From IMG/VR virus record IMGVR_UViG_3300011443_000001: 64,000 nucleotides of DNA, one strand, 5' to 3'. The notes beneath the pieces were generated by a model. The model was not told the origin of the DNA, did not search any database, and was given only the letters and a program-made list of their open reading frames with translations. Below are positions 49,748-58,542 of this stretch, one piece after another. Origin of the DNA: a virus. The translations under genes and the position numbers were made by a program. Each line of letters starts with the position of its first letter. The stretch's first letter is position 1.

Positions 49748-49822
49748 GGTTTTGATAGGTGAAGTGTCAGAAAAACACGTGGCCCAGAAGCTCTTGGTAG
49801 TCTACACCAAGTCCAGACCGGC

Positions 49823-49848
49823 TTGACAAACTCGAAAAACCCCACACT
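49823..49848 (+). promoter_or_regulatory. Short-spacer motif TTGACA-N14-CACACT-GGGAA
   Basis: Upstream of 49860. Confidence 0.7.
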
Positions 49849-49859
49849 GGGAAGGGTGC

Positions 49860-50147
49860 ATGAATTATTCGAAAACCCAGTGGGCGCCACGTCCAGCTAC
49901 CACAGCGGCCCGCGCGCGGCGCGTCACCGTGGTGGGACCGGACAACGTGCGACACACCGACACCTACACCAAGGTGGTTGGGAGCCTTTGCTACGCCTAT
50001 CGCATAGCCGAATCGGACACCATCGCAACCCAAGACTGGAAGCGACCGGGCAACGTGTATCTTTGGAGCGCCTCGCCGGGTCAGCCCATGCGGCTGCTCT
50101 GTATGCTCGCGCCACCTGAAAACAAACACCACAACTTCATGCCGTGA
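49860..50147 (+). CDS. Hypothetical protein
   Basis: First gene after promoter-like motif 49823-49848. Confidence 0.6.
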   Translation: MNYSKTQWAPRPATTAARARRVTVVGPDNVRHTDTYTKVVGSLCYAYRIAESDTIATQDWKRPGNVYLWSASPGQPMRLLCMLAPPENKHHNFMP

Positions 50148-50980
50148 GCCGTCGCAATCGGGACAGGAGTCGGGAACGCCGGCGTGGTATAAATCGGACC
50201 ATCCTGAATGGTCAGATACGGCGTCTACATTACAAATGGCGACAGTGGGATATGTGCGTCCGAACCGGCGGACCGGTGGAGACGGAGTTTGAATTGTTCA
50301 ACGAGCTGAAGTCCACGCTCATTTCTCAGGTTGCAGACTTCAAGGACCGGGACGCGTGGCTCGCGAAAATCGACTCGGCATGTGGACCTGCGCCGGAGCG
50401 CAAGCCACGAGCACCTCGGGCCGTTGTCGCGCGGACCGATGTCATTAGTCACGAGGCACGCATTCCGTTGTGGTCCGGTCCGAATGGTGATGCACCGCTG
50501 AAGCGCGTGGTTGGTGTGGCGTGGTGCCCCAAGGTAGGACGTTGGGCTATTCGCATTCGCACGCGCTTGGGTGAGTATATCGACACGCACACCGACGGCA
50601 TCTCGTTGTTCGACTTGGCGTATCTGACCGACCATTTCAAGTGCATCATGATGGTGGGAGCGTATGACCCGCTTAGCCTGGAGATAGATAAATCTGTGGG
50701 CGGCGGCTTTTTGTCTCCGCGTCCCGGCATGCGTAAATCTGCCTGGAACGACTACGAAAACGCCCAAGAGAAACTCGAATGCGGGGGCCTTAGTATCGAA
50801 CACGACCATGAAATGTTTGGGCACCTGCATACCAATCTGGCCGACTGGTTTTCCCGAGTAATTCGGAATGAGGGCTATAAGAGCCGCGGCTTTATCACCA
50901 CGGTTCATGCAATGCCGCGTCACTCGTCCATCGTCAAGCAAGTGGACAAAATGATGGGGCCTTCACTTAAGCCCTCTTGA
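50144..50980 (+). CDS. Hypothetical protein
   Basis: 278-aa coupled ORF. Confidence 0.65.
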   Translation: MSRRNRDRSRERRRGINRTILNGQIRRLHYKWRQWDMCVRTGGPVETEFELFNELKSTLISQVADFKDRDAWLAKIDSACGPAPERKPRAPRAVVARTDVISHEARIPLWSGPNGDAPLKRVVGVAWCPKVGRWAIRIRTRLGEYIDTHTDGISLFDLAYLTDHFKCIMMVGAYDPLSLEIDKSVGGGFLSPRPGMRKSAWNDYENAQEKLECGGLSIEHDHEMFGHLHTNLADWFSRVIRNEGYKSRGFITTVHAMPRHSSIVKQVDKMMGPSLKPS

Positions 50981-51002
50981 CATTTGGACAAAATCCTACA
51001 CT
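50977..51002 (+). promoter_or_regulatory. Short-spacer motif TTGACA-N14-TACACT-GGGAA
   Basis: Upstream of 51016. Confidence 0.7.
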
Positions 51003-51015
51003 GGGAAGAGTGGAC

Positions 51016-51210
51016 ATGAATGAAATCGCTACCATCCTATTTTTCCTCTTGGGCCTAATCGCTGGTGGTCTGCTGTGTCGCCGTGGGCCGAAAGGCGAAC
51101 CCGGTGACTGTGGAATTCCTGGACCTCAGGGGCCGCGCGGTTATGACGGTGGCGAGTGGCCGGCTGGACCGACTGGACCGCGTGGTCTGACCAACGCTGA
51201 TGACCGATGA
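51016..51210 (+). CDS. Small membrane-anchored collagen-like peptide
   Basis: TM helix then GPKGEPGDCGIPGPQGPRG. Confidence 0.6.
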   Translation: MNEIATILFFLLGLIAGGLLCRRGPKGEPGDCGIPGPQGPRGYDGGEWPAGPTGPRGLTNADDR

Positions 51211-51213
51211 CGT

Positions 51214-51978
51214 ATGAGCGACGAACTAAAAGGGCCACCGCCTCCGGGGCCAATAGCCCCAATCTTCAACGACTCGATGAGCCAAGTCGAGCGACACCGC
51301 CGAGCGCTGAGAGCGAAGGCGGATGCAATCACGAGTCCGGAAGCGCGGGAAAACGTGACGAGCGCTGCGGCAGCGTTCGGCCAGCAATACGGAAAAGTTC
51401 CCGGCAAGCGGCTCCCGCCAGTCGCATCATCGCCTACCAAAAGCGTGGCGACGAGGCCGACGCCGACTGGCGTCCAATTTACGACACCAATAACCAAACA
51501 GACCAACAAACCAATGGCTAAGCCACAAACCAATCTAATCGTGCCCGTCAACGCTATGGGACGGCCCGTCGAGGACACGCGTCCACAACCCGAGCCGGCT
51601 AAACTTTCCTTTTCGCCGGCGCCGGATGGCACGTTCGTCAAAATCGCGGACCGGCCGCGTCCGAAAAATCATCCGGCCAATCAGCCGTGGACCCAGAAAT
51701 TTTTGGCCACGCACAACAACGAGCCCTTCGCCATCGCCAAGGACCAGCCCGTTGCGGAGCTGCTGGCCAACGCTATCAACGTGTATTTTCATGCGCTGAT
51801 GCAGCGCCAAGCGGAGGCGAAAGCCCGCGCCGCTGCGGAGCAGGCCGCGGAGAGTGATGCAACGGTGTTCGATACGATACCTGATGGTGATACGACGCTG
51901 GACCCGCAGGAAGTCGATGCCATTGTTGGCGTGCCGGCGTCTGCGGTTGGTGTTGACCCGGACGTGGAGCGTTTATGA
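51214..51978 (+). CDS. Hypothetical Pro/Ala-rich protein
   Basis: 254-aa ORF. Confidence 0.65.
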   Translation: MSDELKGPPPPGPIAPIFNDSMSQVERHRRALRAKADAITSPEARENVTSAAAAFGQQYGKVPGKRLPPVASSPTKSVATRPTPTGVQFTTPITKQTNKPMAKPQTNLIVPVNAMGRPVEDTRPQPEPAKLSFSPAPDGTFVKIADRPRPKNHPANQPWTQKFLATHNNEPFAIAKDQPVAELLANAINVYFHALMQRQAEAKARAAAEQAAESDATVFDTIPDGDTTLDPQEVDAIVGVPASAVGVDPDVERL

Positions 51979-52346
51979 ATATCCCTGGATACGGAACTGT
52001 TAGCCCCGCCTATTTCCGCATGGAAGTATTGCGTGATGTTATCAACGAGCGTCATCGCCAAGAGGACCTGAAGGCCGCAGGCAAGTTTCCTGCAACCTGC
52101 GCAGACAACACAATCAGCGACGAGACTAAGTGCGCCGTTCTGACGGAGGAGAACGGTGAGGTGGCGCGCGTGTTGTGCGAACGTGCGTGCGGCAAGCCCG
52201 GCGGCAGCGACGACAACCTTTATGAAGAGTTGGTTCAGGTCGCGGCGGTGGCTATTGCATGGTGTGAAGCGCTGCAATACAAGCGTCGTAGCGTGGCCTG
52301 CCCAGTCCACGGGCTACCGCCCGGTCACGCGTCAGGAGGTTGGTAA
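51975..52346 (+). CDS. MazG-like nucleotide pyrophosphohydrolase
   Basis: LTEENGEVAR...LYEELVQVAAVAIAW. Confidence 0.75.
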   Translation: MNIPGYGTVSPAYFRMEVLRDVINERHRQEDLKAAGKFPATCADNTISDETKCAVLTEENGEVARVLCERACGKPGGSDDNLYEELVQVAAVAIAWCEALQYKRRSVACPVHGLPPGHASGGW

Positions 52347-52347
52347 T

Positions 52348-52593
52348 ATGTCCGACTCAAAAATCGTAGTGCGTCCCGGGGTCAGCCTCTCCGGGCTTTT
52401 GTTCCTCGCGTTTTTGGTGCTGAAGCTGACGGGCGTCATCAACTGGTCGTGGTGGTTTGTCACGGCTCCCTTGTGGTTCGGTTGGGCGTGCGTCATTCTC
52501 ATTCCGTTGCTTGTCCTCGCGTTCGGCGCGGTGCTCACCGGGTTTGTGTTCCTCGGGGCATTCATTTTCCATCTGTTTAAGCGTCGCCAATGA
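52348..52593 (+). CDS. Conserved phage membrane protein
   Basis: LFLAFLVLKLTGVINWSWWFVTAPLW motif. Confidence 0.8.
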   Translation: MSDSKIVVRPGVSLSGLLFLAFLVLKLTGVINWSWWFVTAPLWFGWACVILIPLLVLAFGAVLTGFVFLGAFIFHLFKRRQ

Positions 52594-52805
52594 GAACCAC
52601 GCAGCAAATCATGGACGCCATCGGTTACGACCGCGGCGTGTGTTGTGGTCATGGCGACTACCAAGACCTGCCTGCGCGCGTGACACCGGAAATCGTTTCT
52701 GAAATCCGGCGGGAGGCATTGCTGTGGGCCGTGGAGCAAATTGTTCCGGGCGGCAACACCCTTCTGGCACGGGAACGAATTATCCGGCGAGCGCAATCAG
52801 TATGA
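52590..52805 (+). CDS. Hypothetical protein
   Basis: Coupled ORF. Confidence 0.55.
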   Translation: MRTTQQIMDAIGYDRGVCCGHGDYQDLPARVTPEIVSEIRREALLWAVEQIVPGGNTLLARERIIRRAQSV

Positions 52806-53032
52806 ACCGCACAATCAAATCCGGCCAGCGCGGCAGCAACCGCAGCTTCGGACTCGAAGGCGCCGGAAAAGGCGACGGCGACAGAACAACGGACACGACC
52901 GCGTATAACGCGCGGCTCGCGGAGATAAATTTTTCGCGGCGTCATCCGCGCGACGACGGTTGGACCAAAACAAAACGTGGCTGGGTCAAATCTTATGGAC
53001 TACAAAGTAGCGCCGCGCCTGTGCCGGTTTAA
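52802..53032 (+). CDS. Hypothetical protein
   Basis: ATG 52802; GKGDGDR motif. Confidence 0.55.
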   Translation: MNRTIKSGQRGSNRSFGLEGAGKGDGDRTTDTTAYNARLAEINFSRRHPRDDGWTKTKRGWVKSYGLQSSAAPVPV

Positions 53033-53174
53033 GCTGGGCCGGCACAACGTCCAAGTGTATTGGACCGCGGGCTGGGTGTGGTGCCGTCGCGATGGTCCGC
53101 ATGACATCGCCGGCGTGACGGCTCGCGCGTGGTTTGTTGGGCGGTTCTGCATCGCCTGCTTATCGATGCCGTGA
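52995..53174 (+). CDS. Hypothetical protein
   Basis: ATG 52995. Confidence 0.4.
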   Translation: MDYKVAPRLCRFKLGRHNVQVYWTAGWVWCRRDGPHDIAGVTARAWFVGRFCIACLSMP

Positions 53175-53533
53175 CCATGGAATGCGCCGACCCCCTATCA
53201 ATCAAACCGCTGCCCATCCCGAGCGCGCAGCGCGTTGACGTGTTCGTGGCCACGCCTGACGAATACCTCGAGGCCACCTGGACGCGCTACGGCGGCACGT
53301 CTCGCTTTCATTATCCGGGCGGCGGCATGAACACCGACTTCGCAGCCTTCTGCGGTGTCGCGCTGTTCGAGTTGTTTAGCCCGCCCAACATCTCGGCCGA
53401 ACACTTTGCGCTGGTGCAACCCTTTTTTACGCGTGCGGGCGGCGAAGCAAATGTTTTCGAATTTGATGTGGTCCGGCGCATTTTTGTGCGACGCGATGAA
53501 GCGTGGTTTGACGGGAGAGTGGTTTCATCATGA
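53171..53533 (+). CDS. Hypothetical protein
   Basis: GTG 53171, coupled. Confidence 0.55.
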   Translation: MTMECADPLSIKPLPIPSAQRVDVFVATPDEYLEATWTRYGGTSRFHYPGGGMNTDFAAFCGVALFELFSPPNISAEHFALVQPFFTRAGGEANVFEFDVVRRIFVRRDEAWFDGRVVSS

Positions 53534-53778
53534 ACGCGCAATTTCTTGGCAAGTGGTTCCGAACGTTTCGTTGCAACTCATGTCTTTCCTCGCTGAGTCG
53601 TCGAGAAGTTTTTTGCACCCACGGCGTCTGCCCGCACTGCGGCGCGGTTTCGGACGGCACAATCACGGGCCATTTAGTTGAGGCAGTGGCGACGATATTC
53701 GCGCGGGACCTGAATTGGTTCGAGCGGCTCACCGGGCTGGACTTGCGGAAGGCCAACGGTCTTCACCGCAAGCATTAA
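53530..53778 (+). CDS. Zn-ribbon-like hypothetical protein
   Basis: CNSC...CPHCG. Confidence 0.6.
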   Translation: MNAQFLGKWFRTFRCNSCLSSLSRREVFCTHGVCPHCGAVSDGTITGHLVEAVATIFARDLNWFERLTGLDLRKANGLHRKH

Positions 53779-53814
53779 GTAATTCCCCTAGACTTTGTCC
53801 CGTAGCAATTGGGC

Positions 53815-53843
53815 TTGCGCGCGGTGTCCGCCGGGTATATGTT
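53815..53843 (+). promoter_or_regulatory. Sigma70-like promoter TTGCGC-N17-TATGTT
   Basis: Intergenic, upstream of 53886 gene cluster. Confidence 0.5.
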
Positions 53844-53885
53844 GTGGCGTCGGTAAGATAACAACAAACTGATTAGCAACAACTT

Positions 53886-54098
53886 ATGAGCCGCAAACAC
53901 TTCGAAGCCCTCGCCGAAAACCTCCGTGCCGCGAAAATCGCCGCGGTCAACGCCGACCGCCGGGTGTTCAGCGACGGCAGCCCCGGAACCCACGTCGCGC
54001 TGGTTGACGCGCTCATTCAGGACATGGCCGAGATGTGCGACCGGTTCAACGAAAACTTCGACTCGGGTCGGTTTGTGTCAGCCTGCAACAAAATCTAA
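53886..54098 (+). CDS. Conserved phage early small protein
   Basis: MSRKHFEALA...FNENFDSGRFVSAC pattern. Confidence 0.75.
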   Translation: MSRKHFEALAENLRAAKIAAVNADRRVFSDGSPGTHVALVDALIQDMAEMCDRFNENFDSGRFVSACNKI

Positions 54099-54150
54099 TC
54101 TCTCCACACCTCACCCACCTCCTGGGGCCACGGACGGCCCCACCTCTTAA

Positions 54151-54393
54151 ATGAAAAATTCATTCAGCAAAAAAGATATCGGGGCGGCGGTTGTGTTCGC
54201 GGGCTTCGACGGCGGCAGCTACAGCGCCACCATCGTCAACGCGGAGCCGCAGTATGTGACTATCAAGTATTTTCCTGTCGGCTCGCAGCCCGTGTTCACC
54301 ATGGTCGTGCGCGCGGACTGGCACCGGTTGACCCGTTTTGGAAACTCGCTTTTTCTCGAAGTCGAAGCGCCTACCCATGAGGTGAGCCTGTGA
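54151..54393 (+). CDS. Hypothetical protein
   Basis: 80-aa ORF in early cluster. Confidence 0.55.
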   Translation: MKNSFSKKDIGAAVVFAGFDGGSYSATIVNAEPQYVTIKYFPVGSQPVFTMVVRADWHRLTRFGNSLFLEVEAPTHEVSL

Positions 54394-54668
54394 ACGTCCA
54401 CACCGTCACCCTTTTCTTCACCGACGCCGCAGATGCCGAGTGGTTCGCCAAGTGCGCCGCGGCCAGCGTCAAGACCCACGCACGCCTGGACGCCTGCCGC
54501 GCGGGCATCATGCAGGACAGCTTATCAAAAGCCTATCAGGTCGTTAGCGACAGTTTTACAGCCGGACATCAGCACGTCCGCGTGGAGGCGGAAACGCCAA
54601 TCGAATACGCGGCCTGGGAAACCGACGGCGGCACGACGGCCGAACAAAACGAAGCGAGGTTTGCGTGA
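54390..54668 (+). CDS. Hypothetical protein
   Basis: Coupled ORF. Confidence 0.55.
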   Translation: MNVHTVTLFFTDAADAEWFAKCAAASVKTHARLDACRAGIMQDSLSKAYQVVSDSFTAGHQHVRVEAETPIEYAAWETDGGTTAEQNEARFA

Positions 54669-54841
54669 TGAAACAACGACAATTCGACACGCCACACACT
54701 GACGAATCGGGACCGAGTCGCGAGGTGGTCATTGCTATGTGCTTGGCCGGGCCGGACAGCGGAAAGACGGTGATGCACTTAACTCCGCGCGAGGAACGCG
54801 AATACAACGACGGCATGGCACGCCTTGCCGAGATGGGATAA
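54668..54841 (+). CDS. Small hypothetical protein (57 aa, not in ORF track)
   Basis: Hand-translated; TGATG coupling. Confidence 0.5.
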   Translation: MKQRQFDTPHTDESGPSREVVIAMCLAGPDSGKTVMHLTPREEREYNDGMARLAEMG

Positions 54842-54844
54842 ACC

Positions 54845-55003
54845 ATGAACCACATCAACGCCTTCACCGCGTCGGTCTGCGCCGTCATCAGCGTCGCCTG
54901 CCTGATAGTTACCGCCTCGCAAGGCAATGTAATCTTCGCTGCGCTGTTCTTGATGATACTGCTGCAATCGGCGCGCGACCTGTGTAACGAATACGACCCA
55001 TGA
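54845..55003 (+). CDS. Small membrane protein (52 aa, not in ORF track)
   Basis: Two hydrophobic segments. Confidence 0.5.
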   Translation: MNHINAFTASVCAVISVACLIVTASQGNVIFAALFLMILLQSARDLCNEYDP

Positions 55004-55209
55004 AAACAAACGAATCACTACCTACCAAACGCGGAAAAATTAACGGCTACAGCCACGCCAAGGCTGACGCCAAGGCGGACCGTAAGCGGCTCGATGCCCA
55101 GGCGCGCGACCAAGCGCATGCGGACCTGACGCCGGCGCAAAAGCTGGCCAAGTGTCGTGCGCGCCGCGGCTGCTCCGACCGTGAGGTGAAGCGCTTAACT
55201 GGGGCTTGA
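55000..55209 (+). CDS. Small basic protein
   Basis: Coupled ORF. Confidence 0.6.
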   Translation: MKTNESLPTKRGKINGYSHAKADAKADRKRLDAQARDQAHADLTPAQKLAKCRARRGCSDREVKRLTGA

Positions 55210-55242
55210 CAGCATGCCCGACCGGTGCGATATTACGCCATG
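55206..55242 (+). promoter_or_regulatory. Leaderless-type promoter TTGACA-N17-GATATT-acgcc-ATG
   Basis: One of three near-identical copies. Confidence 0.7.
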
Positions 55243-55362
55243 AAGAAACTGCTTCGTGAGTTGAAAATGTCGCCCGGTTGGTCGGTCGCCTTCGCCTTCC
55301 TCGGCCTGGGCATCGTGCTGAAGTTCGTGGTGTTGGTGATGGTCATCCTGGGAGTAAACTGA
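55240..55362 (+). CDS. Small membrane protein (40 aa, not in ORF track)
   Basis: ATG is part of repeated promoter motif; one TM helix. Confidence 0.55.
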   Translation: MKKLLRELKMSPGWSVAFAFLGLGIVLKFVVLVMVILGVN

Positions 55363-55363
55363 T

Positions 55364-55600
55364 ATGAACTATTCGATTGTTTGGAAAATACGGGAGGGTG
55401 GATTTGTCACCTTCCGCCGGGAGCTGGAGGACATGAAATCCCTCGAACACGCGCTGGAGGTTTTTCGGCGTGAGGAACCCGACGCGTATGTTGTTCGTGC
55501 GTATGTCCACGAACCCATTGACCCGGCTCTGCTCGCCGGGCTGTGGCAGCGCCTCGACCAGAAGGCTGTTGCGGATGGCTGGCGTTCCACCGGAGACTAG
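55364..55600 (+). CDS. Hypothetical protein
   Basis: 78-aa ORF. Confidence 0.55.
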   Translation: MNYSIVWKIREGGFVTFRRELEDMKSLEHALEVFRREEPDAYVVRAYVHEPIDPALLAGLWQRLDQKAVADGWRSTGD

Positions 55601-55604
55601 CACC

Positions 55605-55952
55605 ATGAACAAGTTCACCCACAAAATCGAGTTTACTTTTGGCATCGGCCTTGACAAAGACTTCCGGCGCATCCCGCGCGAGGTTGCCGTGGTGCAGTTG
55701 GAGTGCATCCGCACGGCAGCGCTGGACCTGTTTGGCGGATGCACCCAAATTACAGGCACCGGCGCGTGGCGCGATGACGAATTCATGGCTAACGGCCGAA
55801 CCTGGGTGGAGGACAATTGCACGCTGGTCGTCCTGACGGACCTCGAGTGGAACCGCTCCGCGGTGGCCATACTCGCGGAGCGCATCAAGGTTTTGCTTGA
55901 CCAAGCGGCTGTGCTGGTCACCTACCCGCATATCACGGGGGAAATGCTGTGA
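55605..55952 (+). CDS. DUF3574 / SAM-lyase-like small ferredoxin-fold protein
   Basis: G.T...TGAW......VE.N.TLVV...A..IK..LDQAAVLV pattern. Confidence 0.45.
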   Translation: MNKFTHKIEFTFGIGLDKDFRRIPREVAVVQLECIRTAALDLFGGCTQITGTGAWRDDEFMANGRTWVEDNCTLVVLTDLEWNRSAVAILAERIKVLLDQAAVLVTYPHITGEML

Positions 55953-56311
55953 GGCTGGACTTTCACCGGGACATCTACCTGCCGGCGGAGCTGGTCGCCC
56001 ATGTCCGCGCCGTGAATTATTCGCGGCTGGTTTACACCCGCCACGCTCTGGGCGCCGCCCTGGAGGACGGCCTGCGGCATACGGACCTGCCGCTGTCGCT
56101 GTGTTTGGACGACTGGACGCTGGTCCACGTCGAGACGTGGCACGGCCGGCCTACGGGAATCCTGGTGCGCCGCCCAGTGAATTCCAACCCGCGCCTTCAC
56201 TTGGTCCTAGCAATAAGCGTGCCAGATTGCCGCGTTAAGACCGTTTGGATTAACCGCGCGGACGACAATCACCGCACGCTGGACCGGGCGAAATATGTGT
56301 CCGCCCCTTGA
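55949..56311 (+). CDS. Conserved phage protein, possible BECR-fold ribonuclease
   Basis: YTRHA...LVLAI...VKTVWIN..DNH.TLD..KY. Confidence 0.5.
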   Translation: MRLDFHRDIYLPAELVAHVRAVNYSRLVYTRHALGAALEDGLRHTDLPLSLCLDDWTLVHVETWHGRPTGILVRRPVNSNPRLHLVLAISVPDCRVKTVWINRADDNHRTLDRAKYVSAP

Positions 56312-56344
56312 CGCGGGCCGCGACCTGCGCCATATTACGCCATG
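56308..56344 (+). promoter_or_regulatory. Leaderless-type promoter TTGACG-N17-CATATT-acgcc-ATG
   Basis: Second copy. Confidence 0.7.
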
Positions 56345-56491
56345 AATAACATACCTGATTTTGTTTTGATAGCTGCGTGGTTTCTCGGTCTCGGTGTATG
56401 CGCCGCGGCCAAGCTTTTTTTCTGGTATTGGGTTATCAAGCTTTGTATTAACGACGTTGCGGATGGGGTGGCGGACCGCTTGAAAAAGTAA
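56342..56491 (+). CDS. Small membrane protein (49 aa, not in ORF track)
   Basis: ATG within promoter motif; hydrophobic helix. Confidence 0.55.
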   Translation: MNNIPDFVLIAAWFLGLGVCAAAKLFFWYWVIKLCINDVADGVADRLKK

Positions 56492-56495
56492 TGAC

Positions 56496-56532
56496 TTGAC
56501 ATCGGCCACGACCTGCACCACATTACGCCATG
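56496..56532 (+). promoter_or_regulatory. Leaderless-type promoter TTGACA-N17-CACATT-acgcc-ATG
   Basis: Third copy, ATG is helicase start. Confidence 0.7.
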
Positions 56533-58542
56533 AGCAACGAGACAACGACGGAGATTAAGATTGAAACCCTGCTGCCCTGGGGTGCGCCGAAGCGCGTGCG
56601 CCTGCAAGACGGCACCGAGCGCATCCTTCGGACCTGCTTTTCCACGCCGTCATCCTTCTGGGACGCCTGGAAGCAAAATAAGCCCGCGCTCCAGCAAGCG
56701 GGCATCTCGCCGAAGCGCCAGCCGGACGGCGCCTGGATAGTGAATTGGTGGGCCGCGGTTGACCCGGTCGCCGCCAAGGCGGAGCAGGCCAAGCGTGCCG
56801 TTGTCGCCGAGGCCAGCCGCGCGACCGATGCGGCCATCGACCTGCCCCGCCCGGCCGGGCTGAACTACCTGCCGTATCAGAAAGCCGGCGTGGCCTACGG
56901 GCTGGACTGCTGGGCGCACAAGCGCGGGGTTCTCATTGGCGACGAAATGGGTTTAGGAAAAACAATTCAGGCCATCGGGCTCATCAATTGCACGCCGTCA
57001 ATCAAGTCTGTCATCATCGTTTGCCCGAACACGCTCAAGCTGAACTGGGCACGCGAGCTGAAGAAATGGCTCGTCCGGCCGATGTCGGTTGAGGTTCAGT
57101 ATTCGAACAAACCCTTTTCCCGCGCGGACATCGTCATCGTGAATTATGACGTGGTCCACAAGTTTCTGACGGACCTTTCGAACCGTGACTGGGACCTGCG
57201 CATTTGTGATGAGAGCCAATACATCAAGAACCCCAAGGCACGCCGCACGAAGTCCACGCTGGCCATCCGCGCTGCCCGCAAGGCTGCGCTGACGGGAACG
57301 CCCATCGAGAACCGGCCCATCGAGTTGTGGCCCGTCCTGAACGACCTGGACCCCAGCGCGTGGCCCAAGGGCGGGTTTTTCCAGTATGCTCGCCGCTATT
57401 GCGCCGCCAAGCAAAACGGTTTCGGCTGGGACTTTTCCGGTCACAGCAACGAGGCGGAGTTGCAGCATCGGCTGCGGTCGTCCATCATGATACGCCGCTT
57501 GAAAAAGGACGTGTTGAAGGAACTGCCTGCGAAGCAACGCCAAGTCATCGAGTTGGACACCGCCGGTTGCAAAGAGCTGCTCGAGCTGGAGGAGTCGATG
57601 GTGTCCGAACGCGAGGCCGCGCTTGTTGAGTTGCGCGCACGCGTCGAGCTGGCCCGCGCTGGTGAGTCGCGCGAAGACTACGCGGAGGCAGTCCACGCGC
57701 TGCGCAGCGGGCAAGGCGCCGCGTTTGAGGACATGGCTGAGTTGCGGCACAAGGTCGCCGAGGCCAAGCTTCCGCAATGCCTCGCGTTCATCGAGGACGC
57801 GATGGAATCCGGCAAGGTGATAGTGTTCGCGCATCACCTGGACATTGTCGCGGGCGTCGTCGCGAAGTTTCCCCAGGCGGCGGTCATCACGGGCAACACG
57901 CCCGCGCCGAAGCGCATGGAACAGGTTGACCGCTTCCAGAATGACCCCGAGTGCAACATTTTCGTGGGCAACCTTGCCGCGGCTGAAGGGCTGACCCTGA
58001 CCGCCGGCTCGCACGTTATTTTCGTCGAGATGCAATGGGTGCCCGGCAAGCATGCGCAGATGGAAGACCGCGCGCACCGCATTGGGCAGAAGGACAGCGT
58101 GCTGTGCAGCTACCTCGTGCTCGAGGGCTCGCTTGACGCGCATATGTCGCGCACCATCGTGGAAAAGCTGAATGTCATTGACGCGTGCCTGGACAAAATC
58201 ACGGACTGGACCGAAGCCGACGTGGAGGAAGTCGAGCCGGTGACCAAGGTCCGCCTGACCTTCGAGCGCGTCGCTGCCGAAGCGAAGCTGGTGTCTGACC
58301 GCTGCGTGGAGCTGGTCCACTTCGGGATGAAGATGCTTGCCGGCGTGTGTGACGGAGCGTGCAAGCTGGATGACGTGGGCTTTTCCGCGGTCGATGTTCA
58401 AATCGGGCACGCGCTCGCGCACCGCGCGACCATTACCCAGAAACAGGCCGCGCTGGGCTGGCGAATACTTTGTAAATATCACCGCCAGCTCGGCTCCGAA
58501 TTCATCGCAGAGCTGAAGGCAGCGGCAGCAATAAAACAATGA
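56530..58542 (+). CDS. SNF2-family (HARP/SMARCAL1-like) helicase/ATPase
   Basis: DEMGLGKT, CDESQYIK, LTGTPIENRP, QMEDRAHRIGQ. Confidence 0.95.
   Translation: MSNETTTEIKIETLLPWGAPKRVRLQDGTERILRTCFSTPSSFWDAWKQNKPALQQAGISPKRQPDGAWIVNWWAAVDPVAAKAEQAKRAVVAEASRATDAAIDLPRPAGLNYLPYQKAGVAYGLDCWAHKRGVLIGDEMGLGKTIQAIGLINCTPSIKSVIIVCPNTLKLNWARELKKWLVRPMSVEVQYSNKPFSRADIVIVNYDVVHKFLTDLSNRDWDLRICDESQYIKNPKARRTKSTLAIRAARKAALTGTPIENRPIELWPVLNDLDPSAWPKGGFFQYARRYCAAKQNGFGWDFSGHSNEAELQHRLRSSIMIRRLKKDVLKELPAKQRQVIELDTAGCKELLELEESMVSEREAALVELRARVELARAGESREDYAEAVHALRSGQGAAFEDMAELRHKVAEAKLPQCLAFIEDAMESGKVIVFAHHLDIVAGVVAKFPQAAVITGNTPAPKRMEQVDRFQNDPECNIFVGNLAAAEGLTLTAGSHVIFVEMQWVPGKHAQMEDRAHRIGQKDSVLCSYLVLEGSLDAHMSRTIVEKLNVIDACLDKITDWTEADVEEVEPVTKVRLTFERVAAEAKLVSDRCVELVHFGMKMLAGVCDGACKLDDVGFSAVDVQIGHALAHRATITQKQAALGWRILCKYHRQLGSEFIAELKAAAAIKQ

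Noticed and set aside
49666-49890. - strand 74-aa ORF across the AT-rich patch
   Set aside because: Overlaps divergent promoter and the 49860 gene; composition suggests non-coding
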